NCBI GenBank assembly: GCA_027067575.1
Contig: JAMOVQ010000179.1
Coordinates: forward strand, 8,885-72,884
Length of the DNA stretch: 64,000 nt
Direction: 5' to 3'
Source: Thermoanaerobaculia bacterium
Lineage (GTDB): Bacteria > Acidobacteriota > Thermoanaerobaculia > Thermoanaerobaculales > Sulfomarinibacteraceae
Positions within the stretch are counted from its first letter, which is position 1; every line of letters starts with the position of its first letter. Below are positions 17,852-25,859 of this stretch, in pieces. The notes beneath the pieces were generated by a model. The model searched no databases. It was not told where the DNA came from and was given only the letters and a program-made list of their open reading frames with translations. The position numbers and the translations under genes are program-made.

Positions 17852-18568
17852 GTGCCGGTCGGGATCCAGCGACACGTTCTCTTGGTTGGAGTGCAGCGGA
17901 GTGCGGTGGAGCACCTCGTGCCGCTCCTCCAGCGGGAGGAGATCGAGGTCATCTCCGTCGATGCCGACCCGGCGGTGGCCGATCTCACCCGGATCACACC
18001 GTTCGAGCTGGTCATGGTGCGGTTCCCCATCGAGGGTCTCGATGCCGGCGAGTTCCTGAGCATCGTGAGGGATCCCTCCTCGGCGTCCCGGCGGGCGGGG
18101 GTCATGCTGCTTGCGGACGAGGCCCACCTCGAGGAGGCGGCGGCGTTCCTCGATCGGGGCGCAAACCGGATCGTCTCGGCGACATGGTCCGATGCCCGGA
18201 TCTGGCGCGCCGTGGCGGATCTCCTCGACGTGGCGCCCCGTGTCGCGCTGCGGGTTCCCGTCATGGTGGACGTGGACCTGGCGTCGGAAGGTGTGCCCGA
18301 GGTCTGCCGCTCGGTGGATCTCTCCACGTCGGGCATCCGGCTCGAGAGCCCCAACGGCTACGGACCAGGAACGCGACTTCAGATCGGCCTCGTCCTCCCG
18401 AAGGTGGGTGGAGTCGTCCGTGTGCAGGCAGAGATCGTGCGCCGGACCGATCCCGAACGTGAAGGCGTTCACGGGTTCGCTGCCCGGTTCACCTCCATGA
18501 GCGAGGAGGACGAGGCGCGCCTCGCCCGGTTCGTCGACATGGTCCGCCGGGAGCTCGTGGGCTCCTGA
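17852..18568 (+). CDS. Pseudo-receiver domain plus PilZ domain protein (probable c-di-GMP effector)
   Basis: GTG start. The REC-like fold lacks the acidic pair (VLLVGVQRS) and the phospho-acceptor Asp (ELVMVRFPIEGLD). The PilZ motifs are RVALRVPV and DLSTSGIRL. Confidence 0.7.
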   Translation: MPVGIQRHVLLVGVQRSAVEHLVPLLQREEIEVISVDADPAVADLTRITPFELVMVRFPIEGLDAGEFLSIVRDPSSASRRAGVMLLADEAHLEEAAAFLDRGANRIVSATWSDARIWRAVADLLDVAPRVALRVPVMVDVDLASEGVPEVCRSVDLSTSGIRLESPNGYGPGTRLQIGLVLPKVGGVVRVQAEIVRRTDPEREGVHGFAARFTSMSEEDEARLARFVDMVRRELVGS

Positions 18569-18593
18569 GTCACCCACGGCTCCGAGGGCCGCT

Positions 18594-19793
18594 TCAGACC
18601 CTGATCAGGACCTCCCCGCTCCCGATCCCGCCCCCGACGCACCGCGTGGTTACCCCGATCCGCGCGTCCCGGCGTCGGAGCTGGTGGACCATGTCCACGA
18701 CCTGGCGGGCGCCGGTGCACCCGACGGGGTGGCCCAGGGAAATCCCGCTGCCCCACTGGTTCACCCGCTCCACGGGCAGGTCGGGCAGGAACCGGAAGGC
18801 GGCGGCGAGCACGGTCGCGAACGCCTCGTTGAGCTCCCACAGGTCCACGTCCCCGATCCCGAGACCGGCGCGGGCGAGGAGCGGGGGAATCACCTTGAAC
18901 GCCCCCTCGCCCATGTACTCCCGCTCGACCCCGACGTTGGCGAACGCCCGGAGCTCGGCGAGCGGTTCCAGGCCGAGCTCCTGCGCACGTTCCTCCGTCG
19001 TCACGATCACCGCCGCCGCGGCGTCGTTGACCGAGGAGGCGTTGAGTGTGGTGATCGTTCCGCCGTCGGGCTTGAAGTAGGGCCGTGCGGCGGCCAGCTC
19101 CTCGCGGGTGATCGAACGCGGTCCTTCGTCCCGCGTCACGAGGATCGGATCCTTCCGCCGTCGCGGGACCTCGACGGGCGCGACATACTCGTCGTCGAAG
19201 AACCCCTCCTCCCACGCCCGGAGCGCCGCGTGGTGGCTCCGGTACGCGATCTCATCCTGCTCCTCCCGGGTCAGCCCGTACCGCTCCACGAGCCGTTCCG
19301 TCATCAGACCCATCAGCTCGCCTTTACCGACGTGGGTGTCGGTCAGCGCCCCGAACAGACCGTCCACGAGGGTCATGTCCCCGTAGAGCTGGCCCCTGGT
19401 ACGGCCGGTGAACAGGTAGCGCGCCACGTTGGACATGGACTCCACGCCCCCGGCGACACCCAGCGTCACCTCGCCGAGGCGGATTCTCCGGTAGAGCGAG
19501 TGGATCGCGGCGCCCCCGGAGGCGCAGTTCTCGTGGAACGTCGTCGCCGGGGCGCTCCACGGAATCCCGGCGGCGAGCGCCGCGTTGCGGGCCACGTTCG
19601 GCGAGCGGGGATCCTGCATGACCCAACCCATGCATGTGTACTCGACCTGCTCGGGATCGAGCCCGGTGCGCCGGAGCAGCTCACGAATGGCGATGGCCGC
19701 CAGGTCCTCGGCCTGGAAGGGGGCCAGCGCCCCTCCGATCGAGCCGATGGGCGTCCGGACGGCTCCGGCGATGACGATCCTCGACGGGCTCAT
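18594..19793 (-). CDS. Acetyl-CoA C-acetyltransferase (thiolase II)
   Basis: MSPSRIVIAGAVRTPIGSIGG..., NCASGG, the C-terminal GHPVGCTGARQVV and CVGGGIG. ATG 19793 has a strong SD (GAGGAGGTGAGC-ATG). An in-frame upstream ATG at 19898 is discussed in findings. Confidence 0.9.
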   Translation of the reverse strand: MSPSRIVIAGAVRTPIGSIGGALAPFQAEDLAAIAIRELLRRTGLDPEQVEYTCMGWVMQDPRSPNVARNAALAAGIPWSAPATTFHENCASGGAAIHSLYRRIRLGEVTLGVAGGVESMSNVARYLFTGRTRGQLYGDMTLVDGLFGALTDTHVGKGELMGLMTERLVERYGLTREEQDEIAYRSHHAALRAWEEGFFDDEYVAPVEVPRRRKDPILVTRDEGPRSITREELAAARPYFKPDGGTITTLNASSVNDAAAAVIVTTEERAQELGLEPLAELRAFANVGVEREYMGEGAFKVIPPLLARAGLGIGDVDLWELNEAFATVLAAAFRFLPDLPVERVNQWGSGISLGHPVGCTGARQVVDMVHQLRRRDARIGVTTRCVGGGIGSGEVLIRV

Positions 19794-19894
19794 GCTCACC
19801 TCCTCGTGAAGTCCACCGGCGCTGAACAGGCCATGCGCCGTGGCGTTCTCGCCGAGCCCCGTGGGAACCGTTGCGGCCCGGCGGCCGGTGCCGG

Positions 19895-20170
19895 TCATCC
19901 CAGCCTCCGCAAGAACTCGGCGAGAAACGCGTCGAGATCGCTCCGGGCCGTGGTCTCGTCCACATCGAACACGCGGACCAGCTCCCGGACGAGCTCGTCC
20001 CCATCCGTGACACCGTTTGCGACGGTGTCCAGCAGGAACATCCCCGTCTCGTTCAGGGAGAAGACCTGAAGCCCCTCCACCTCGAGCAGGACACCGCTGC
20101 CGTCAGGAAGGTGCGTCACCGCGAACCGGTTCGAGCGGAGGTTCTCGGCGATCCGTTCGAGCCCGTTCAT
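19895..20170 (-). CDS. PqqD-family protein (RiPP recognition element; lasso-peptide B1-like)
   Basis: 91 aa. AVTHLPDGSGVLLEVEGLQVFSLNETGMFLLDTV...ELVRELVRVFDVDETTARSDLDAFLAEFLRRLG matches the PqqD/RRE winged-helix pattern. There are ATGA overlaps with both the upstream and downstream ORFs. Confidence 0.75.
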   Translation of the reverse strand: MNGLERIAENLRSNRFAVTHLPDGSGVLLEVEGLQVFSLNETGMFLLDTVANGVTDGDELVRELVRVFDVDETTARSDLDAFLAEFLRRLG

Positions 20171-20682
20171 TCCGGTATCTCCGCGCCGCTGCCGGTGGTG
20201 AAGACGACCGAGTACGCCCGCTCGAACGGCGGTCCGTCCGGAGGCGAGACCACCTGAAGCGGCGCACCGTCCACCTCGAGCCAGGCGTGCCCCTCGGCGT
20301 GTGCGCTGTCACGCCCCGGCCGGAACCCGGTCACGAGCCGGACGTCGTGGTACGGCGCGAGCATCCGCCCCGCCACCAGACTTCGCACGAGACAGCTGTC
20401 CACGGCTCCTGTCAGGCCGTGCCAGAGGCGAGAGGCCCTGGCAGTCGCGGAGAGGGCCCGGTCCACGTCGGGTGACGAGGGGGCCGGACGTCTGGCGAGG
20501 AGCCGGACGAGTTCCGCGAGTGGCACCTCGTTCGCACGCTGTGCAGCGGCCACGACGGGGACGGCGGCGGCGGCCAGCCAGAGATCGCGCGCCGAGCGCC
20601 GCCGCCCCGCGCCGCCGCTCGCCGGTGTCCCCCGTCGCCTCGTGCCGTCCATACGACCGGATTGTAGCGGAGCAGAGTTCAC
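20167..20682 (-). CDS. Transglutaminase-like cysteine protease, lasso-peptide B2-like
   Basis: The catalytic-type Cys context is DSCLVRSLVAGRML and the His context is AEGHAWLEVDG, as in lasso B2 leader peptidases. An alternative start is at 20652 (MDGTRRRG). Confidence 0.7.
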   Translation of the reverse strand: MNSAPLQSGRMDGTRRRGTPASGGAGRRRSARDLWLAAAAVPVVAAAQRANEVPLAELVRLLARRPAPSSPDVDRALSATARASRLWHGLTGAVDSCLVRSLVAGRMLAPYHDVRLVTGFRPGRDSAHAEGHAWLEVDGAPLQVVSPPDGPPFERAYSVVFTTGSGAEIPE

Positions 20683-20707
20683 CCGGCGCCGGCGAAAGAC
20701 GATGTCC

Positions 20708-22498
20708 TCAGTCCACCGTCAGCGTCTTGGAGAGGTTGCGCGGGAAGTCGGGGTCGTGCCCCCGGAGCACCGAGAGCCGGTAGGCCAGGAGCTGGAGCGG
20801 CACCACGGCGAGCAGCGGGTTGACCTCCGGCGGCGCGGCCGGGAGCTCGACGACGTGGTCCGCGTTGGCCTCGATCCTCGGATCGGGTTCCGCGATGCAG
20901 ATCGCGCGGCCGCCCCGGCAGGTGACCTCGTTGATCGCCGAGATCATCACGGGCACGTCCTCCGGCCCGGGGACGAAGAGGACGGGGTACCCCTCGGTGA
21001 CCGCGGAGAGCGGCCCGTGCTTGAACTCCGTGGAGAGCATCCCCTCGCAGTGGGCGTAGGTGATCTCCTTGAGCTTCAGCGCGCCCTCCAGCGCAATGCC
21101 GAAGGTCAGGCCGTACCCGAGGCAGTACAGATCCTCCCGGTCCGCCAGCTCGCGGGCGATGGCCTCGACCTGGGGCAGGGCCCGTTCGATGGCAGCCTCC
21201 AGGAGCGCCGGGATCCTGGCCAGGCAGTCGGCGTCGCGGTTGCCCAGGCGGTGCGCGATGAACAGGAAGGCGATCACCTGGTTCGTGAACGTCTTCGTGG
21301 CGGGCACGCTGATCTCGTACCCGCACGCCAGCGGGAGGTAGTGGTCGGCGGCGTTCATCAGCGTGGAGCCAAGGACGTTGGCCAGGGCGAGCACCCCCAT
21401 GCCGCGGGCCCGCGCGGCCTCCACGGCGTTCAGGACGTCCTTGGTCTCGCCGCTCTGGCTGACGAAGATCCCCACGTCCTCCGGGCCCACCGAGGCTCCG
21501 TACTGGGCGATGAACTGGGGTGCCAGGACCGGCGTCGCGGAACGGCCGGCCAAACGGTTGAGGTAGACGGCGCCCTCGAGGCATGCGTGGTGGCTCGTGC
21601 CGCACCCGACGAGGTAGAGGTGCCGCGCCCGCCCCGCCATCTCCAGGAACGGCACCACGTGCTTCGACTCGCCGAGCAGGTGGAGGAGGTCACCGGCGAC
21701 CTTCGGCTGTTCGTGGATCTCCTTGAGCATGAAATGCGGGAACCCGCCCTTCTCGGCGGTCTCCATGTCGTCCTCGACCAGCTCCGGCTCGCGGTGGACG
21801 GTCTCCCCCGTCTCCACGCCGACCACGGTGACGCCGTCCGCGTCGAGCACGGCGATCTCCCCGTCGTTCAGACGAATCACCCGCCGTGTCAGCGGGAGGA
21901 TCGACGGCAGGTCGGAGGAGACGCAGGTGAACCCGTCCCCGATCCCGGCGACGAGCCCCGAGCCCATCTTGATGGCGTAGAGCCGGTCGTCCCCGGCCTC
22001 GCCGATGACGAAGGCGTAGTCTCCGTGCAGGTCGTTCGCCGCCTTCCGGATCGCCGTCACCATGTCGTCCCCGGCCCGGCGGTACCGCTCCACGGCGTGG
22101 ACGCAGCTCTCGCCGTCGTTGGTCGACCGGACGGTCATCCCCTCGGCGATGAACCGTTCCCGGAGCTCGACGTTGTTCACCACGTTGCCGTTGTGGGCAC
22201 CGACCATGCGCCCCTCGGAATCCAGGTGGGGCTGGGCGTTCGTCCGGGATGGCGCCCCGAACGTCGCCCACCGGAGCTGGGTGATCCCGCGCCGCCCGCG
22301 CATCTCCGCGAACCCGAGGCGCTCCGCGACCTCCTCGACCCTGCCCACGTCCTTCCGAAGGTCGATCGTTCCATCATCGCAAAGCACGGCACAACCAACC
22401 GAGTCGTACCCCCGGTACGCGAGGCGCCGGCCGGCCTCAATCAGCACCGGTCCCAGGGTGCGTTCCTCCCTCGTGACGATTCCGAAGATTCCACACAT
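20708..22498 (-). CDS. glmS: Glutamine--fructose-6-phosphate aminotransferase (isomerizing)
   Basis: MCGIFGIV N-terminal nucleophile, two SIS domains, and a C-terminal ...NLSKTLTVD. SD GGAGGAG lies upstream. Confidence 0.95.
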   Translation of the reverse strand: MCGIFGIVTREERTLGPVLIEAGRRLAYRGYDSVGCAVLCDDGTIDLRKDVGRVEEVAERLGFAEMRGRRGITQLRWATFGAPSRTNAQPHLDSEGRMVGAHNGNVVNNVELRERFIAEGMTVRSTNDGESCVHAVERYRRAGDDMVTAIRKAANDLHGDYAFVIGEAGDDRLYAIKMGSGLVAGIGDGFTCVSSDLPSILPLTRRVIRLNDGEIAVLDADGVTVVGVETGETVHREPELVEDDMETAEKGGFPHFMLKEIHEQPKVAGDLLHLLGESKHVVPFLEMAGRARHLYLVGCGTSHHACLEGAVYLNRLAGRSATPVLAPQFIAQYGASVGPEDVGIFVSQSGETKDVLNAVEAARARGMGVLALANVLGSTLMNAADHYLPLACGYEISVPATKTFTNQVIAFLFIAHRLGNRDADCLARIPALLEAAIERALPQVEAIARELADREDLYCLGYGLTFGIALEGALKLKEITYAHCEGMLSTEFKHGPLSAVTEGYPVLFVPGPEDVPVMISAINEVTCRGGRAICIAEPDPRIEANADHVVELPAAPPEVNPLLAVVPLQLLAYRLSVLRGHDPDFPRNLSKTLTVD

Positions 22499-22713
22499 GC
22501 GCTCCTCCAGGAGCCGGATTCTACACGGTCACCTGCGCATTCGGGCTCCACGCCGGCGTCCGTGCCGGAAGCCTTCACCCGGCGGAGACCTGTCTTCGAC
22601 ACCAGCAGCGCCTGCACTCCGGGAGCCTTCACGGCAACGGTCTCTGGAACCAGTGGACCGGAAACGCGGAGCCGCGGTTGCTGGCGTTCCGGATCACGGT
22701 GATCCTGGAGAGG

Positions 22714-23736
22714 TTATGCGACGCACCAGAAGTCCGTGCCCTCGACGAGCCCCATTCCCCGGAGCCTCGCACGGATCAGATCCCGCGCACCGAGCGCGGA
22801 GACGGCCGCCAGGACGGTGGTCTTGGGGCCGATCATCTCCGGGAGCTCCTCCGGAGCGAGGATCGGAACCCCTCGCCGTCTCCGGCCGTGGAGCCGGGTG
22901 TCGATGTCGACGAACGCCGTCGGGGCCATGCCTTCCACTTCCAGCTCCCGGGCCAGGCGCCGTCCGGTGGGGCCCGCTCCCCAGATCACGATCTCCTTGC
23001 CGGCAGAGAGAGCTCCCCGTGCCATGTGGTGGGCCTTGAGGCGAAGGAACGCCGCCTTCGAGTAGCGGGCGTCACGCCAGGTCAGCCGTCCGTGGTGCTG
23101 GCGCCAGAACAGCAGGACTTTCGCAACCTTGCCGAACCGCACACCCTGACCAAACAACCGGAGCCACAGGTCGTGGTCCTCCGGCCATCCCAGGTCCCGC
23201 CAACCACCTGCCGCCTCCAGGATCCTCCGCCGGATCATGACACTGGGATGGGCCACGGGACTCTCCACGAACCGCTCCCGGGCCATGGCCTCGTGGTCCA
23301 GCAACCCGTTGAGCCACGTCTCGTACCTTCGCAGTCCGCCGTCGATCCCCTGGACGGGGAAGTGACGGACCAGACAGGACACCACACCGGTCTCCGGGTT
23401 GGCTGTCAACCACGCCGTCTGGAGCTCCAGGCGGTGCGGGTGCATGGCGTCGTCGGCATCCATCCGGGCCACGAATGGGGCGCGGCACGCCTCGAGCCCG
23501 GCGTTGAGAGCGGGGACGAGCCCGTGGGGTGGGGTATGGATCACCCGCCATCGGGGGTCCGCCGTGGCGATCCTGTCGAGCACCGCGCCCGAGCCGTCGG
23601 CGGATCCGTCATCCACCACCACGACCTCGAGATCGCTCAGAGTCTGCCGGCGGATCGACCGAAGACAGGAAGTCAGCCACGGCATCCCGTCACGAACCGG
23701 GAGCAGGACCGAGACGCGGGGATGGTTCCTCGCCAC
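22714..23736 (-). CDS. Family 2 glycosyltransferase with C-terminal Rossmann-like extension
   Basis: RVSVLLPVRDGMPWLTSCLRSIRRQT...VVVVDDGSADGS...ARMDADD is a GT-A/GT2 pattern. The C-terminus has IVIWGAGPTGRRLAREL. GTG start at 23736 is assumed, since there is no in-frame ATG near the domain start. Confidence 0.75.
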   Translation of the reverse strand: MARNHPRVSVLLPVRDGMPWLTSCLRSIRRQTLSDLEVVVVDDGSADGSGAVLDRIATADPRWRVIHTPPHGLVPALNAGLEACRAPFVARMDADDAMHPHRLELQTAWLTANPETGVVSCLVRHFPVQGIDGGLRRYETWLNGLLDHEAMARERFVESPVAHPSVMIRRRILEAAGGWRDLGWPEDHDLWLRLFGQGVRFGKVAKVLLFWRQHHGRLTWRDARYSKAAFLRLKAHHMARGALSAGKEIVIWGAGPTGRRLARELEVEGMAPTAFVDIDTRLHGRRRRGVPILAPEELPEMIGPKTTVLAAVSALGARDLIRARLRGMGLVEGTDFWCVA

Positions 23737-23967
23737 GGGAACACGGTACCGTAGCCCGTGATGCTGTCTGTCCGTCCACAGGCCAAGGTGCGGGCTGTCT
23801 CCATTGACTCCGGGCACGCTCCATCCTCGAGAGTCCGGGCGCTTCCGCCACGAACTCGTGGCGTGCCGGCGGCCGGGCGTCGACGGTGAGCAGTGTCCCG
23901 GCCCGGACGAGCCGTTGCGGCGCGAGGAGAAAGGAACCGGCTGGAGATCGGAAGGTACAATCCAGGC

Positions 23968-24663
23968 ATGGATGAGAGGGTGTTCGCGGTCGTCGTGCCA
24001 GCGCTCGACGAGGCTGAGAGGATCGCGGCGTGCCTCCGGTCTGTGGGGCCGGAGGCGGCCGAAGTGGTGGTGGTGGACGGGGGGAGCCGGGACGGTACGC
24101 GGGAGGTTCTGGCGGGGTTCGATCGGGTCACGGTGCTCGAGAGTCCCCGGGGCCGCGGGGTCCAGCTCGACCGGGGGGCGCGGGCCACCTCGGCCCCGTA
24201 CCTCCTGTTCCTCCACGCGGACTGCCGTCTCCCGGAGGGGTGGGCCGCATCGGCGGGGAGGGCCCTCGACGATCCGGACGTGGCGCTCGCCTGTTTCCGG
24301 CTCCACACTGAGCCCTCGGACCCCGGCGCGGGCCGACTGGCCCGCCTGTGGGCGAAGCTGCTCGACCTTCGCTCGTTCGGACCCGCGCTGCCGTACGGGG
24401 ACCAGGGGTTCGCCGTCCGGCGAGAGGTGTATGAGGCCGTGGGCGGGTTTCCCCACATCCCGCTGATGGAGGACCTGGCGTTCGCGCGGGCGTGCCGGCG
24501 CGTAGGCCGTATCCGGCGCCTGCCGCTTTCGGTGCGGACCACGAGCCGCCGGTTCGACGGGATGCCGGTCCGGGCCCGGCTGTGCACGGCAACGTTCCCT
24601 CTGCTGTTCCGGCTGGGCGTCTCGCCGTGGACCCTTGCGCGGTGGTACCGGGAGGTCCGGTGA
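23968..24663 (+). CDS. GT2-like transferase (resembles the family recalled as TIGR04283, rSAM/selenodomain-associated transferase 2)
   Basis: MDERVFAVVVPALDEAERIAACL...VVVVDGGSRDGT...LFLHADCRLP...YGDQGFAVRREVYEAVGGFP...MEDLAFARA. The family name is from memory and was not searched. Confidence 0.7.
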   Translation: MDERVFAVVVPALDEAERIAACLRSVGPEAAEVVVVDGGSRDGTREVLAGFDRVTVLESPRGRGVQLDRGARATSAPYLLFLHADCRLPEGWAASAGRALDDPDVALACFRLHTEPSDPGAGRLARLWAKLLDLRSFGPALPYGDQGFAVRREVYEAVGGFPHIPLMEDLAFARACRRVGRIRRLPLSVRTTSRRFDGMPVRARLCTATFPLLFRLGVSPWTLARWYREVR

Positions 24664-25262
24664 ACGGGGTGATCGTGGTGTTCGGCCGCGAGCCGGTCCC
24701 CGGCCGGACCAAGACCCGGCTCGCCCACGCCATCGGGGCCAAGCGGGCGGCAGCGGTCTCCCGGGCGCTCCTCGAACGGACGCTGGCGGAGGCCGCGGCC
24801 ACGGGGGTCCCCGTGGTGCTGTCGCTGGCCGCCCCCCTGACCGGGGTCTGGTCCCCGCCCGGGGGCGTGGCGGTGGAGGTGCAATGCGGCGGCGACCTGG
24901 GCCGGCGCATGGGGGACGCCTTCGCCCGCCGGTTCGCGGCCGGTGCGGAAAGGGTACTCCTGGTGGGTTCGGACTGCCCCGGGGCCGATGCGGGCCGCCT
25001 CGGGGCGGCCCTGGGGCTCCTCGACACCCACCCGGTGGTGCTCGGTCCCGCCCGGGACGGCGGCTACTGGGCGATCGGACAGCGGGCGCCGGGCGTCGAC
25101 TGCTTCACGGGCGTGCCGTGGTCCTCGCCGGAGACGCTCCGCGCCACGCGGGAACGGCTGCGGGGCCTGGGCGTCTCGTGGGCCGAGACCGTGGCGCTGG
25201 CCGACGTGGACACGGTGGAGGACCTGGAGCGCCTCCAGCGGGAGGGCCCCGGGTTCCGGTGA
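24660..25262 (+). CDS. DUF2064-type transferase (resembles the family recalled as TIGR04282, rSAM/selenodomain-associated transferase 1)
   Basis: The GTG start overlaps the upstream TGA (GTGA). VIVVFGREPVPGRTKTRLA...GGDLGRRM...LLVGSDCPG...GPARDGGYWAIG is the DUF2064 pattern. Confidence 0.7.
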   Translation: MNGVIVVFGREPVPGRTKTRLAHAIGAKRAAAVSRALLERTLAEAAATGVPVVLSLAAPLTGVWSPPGGVAVEVQCGGDLGRRMGDAFARRFAAGAERVLLVGSDCPGADAGRLGAALGLLDTHPVVLGPARDGGYWAIGQRAPGVDCFTGVPWSSPETLRATRERLRGLGVSWAETVALADVDTVEDLERLQREGPGFR

Positions 25263-25307
25263 GGGAGGCCGGGCGGTCCGCGGTGCCGTTCCCCGGTCCT
25301 GGCGGTG

Positions 25308-25679
25308 CTACTCGCCGAGGAGCGACCGGACGGTCTCCAGCACCTCTGCGGGGGAGAACGGCTTGGTGATGTACCCCATCGCCCCGACCTCATGGCCCCG
25401 CCGGACGTCGTCGGCCAGGGTCCGGGCGGTCAGCATGACCACGGGGAGGTCCCTCGTGCGATCGTCCTCCCGCAGCCGGGCGGCGAGGTCGAACCCCGTG
25501 GTGGGCGTGGCCAGGGTGACGTCGAGCAGCACGAGGTCGATCCGGTTGCCGCGGATGATCTCCCACGCATCCTCGGCCGATTCGGCCTCGAACGCCGTGT
25601 ACCCCTCCCGCCGGAGCTTGTACGCCAGGATCTTGAGGATGTACGGCTCGTCATCGACGATGAGCACGCGCTTCGCCAT
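25308..25679 (-). CDS. Stand-alone CheY-like response regulator receiver
   Basis: MAKRVLIVDDEPYI...DLVLLDVTL...VVMLTAR...GYITKPFSP contains the canonical DD, D and K receiver residues. Confidence 0.85.
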   Translation of the reverse strand: MAKRVLIVDDEPYILKILAYKLRREGYTAFEAESAEDAWEIIRGNRIDLVLLDVTLATPTTGFDLAARLREDDRTRDLPVVMLTARTLADDVRRGHEVGAMGYITKPFSPAEVLETVRSLLGE

Positions 25680-25859
25680 CACTCCCATCATACCCAAGGC
25701 GGACGGCGAGCAATAAGGAAAAGGGACACCGTTCTTTTCTGGAGGGTCGATCTGTTCCCCGCCGCACTGAAACTGGTCATCGGCCCAGCCCCCGGCCGGG
25801 TTTGTCCGATCGGTTCCATTCGCCCGAGGACCGTAGCCGCGGTGCTCCGTGCGGTCGGG

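Noticed and set aside
19794-19898. Lasso-peptide precursor hidden between the PqqD gene and the thiolase
   Set aside because: The only ATG-initiated frame (from 19898) has no stop before the thiolase, so it cannot be a separate peptide. Its sequence lacks the Thr(-2)/Gly1 and Asp/Glu7-9 core arrangement. The other frame gives only a 12-aa peptide (MACSAPVDFTRR).
20708-22498. glmS as the missing lasso cyclase (both have an N-terminal class II glutamine amidotransferase domain)
   Set aside because: The C-terminal two thirds are two SIS sugar-isomerase domains with the canonical GlmS C-terminus. They are not the Asn-synthetase adenylation domain required of a lasso cyclase.
22499-22713. Possible glmS ribozyme in the 215-nt region upstream of glmS
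   Set aside because: Reading the minus strand, I could not find the conserved glmS ribozyme core or pseudoknot elements. The region contains only a hairpin (GGATCACCGTGATCC), a TAGAAT-like -10 and the SD. The ribozyme is also not expected outside the lineages where it is known.
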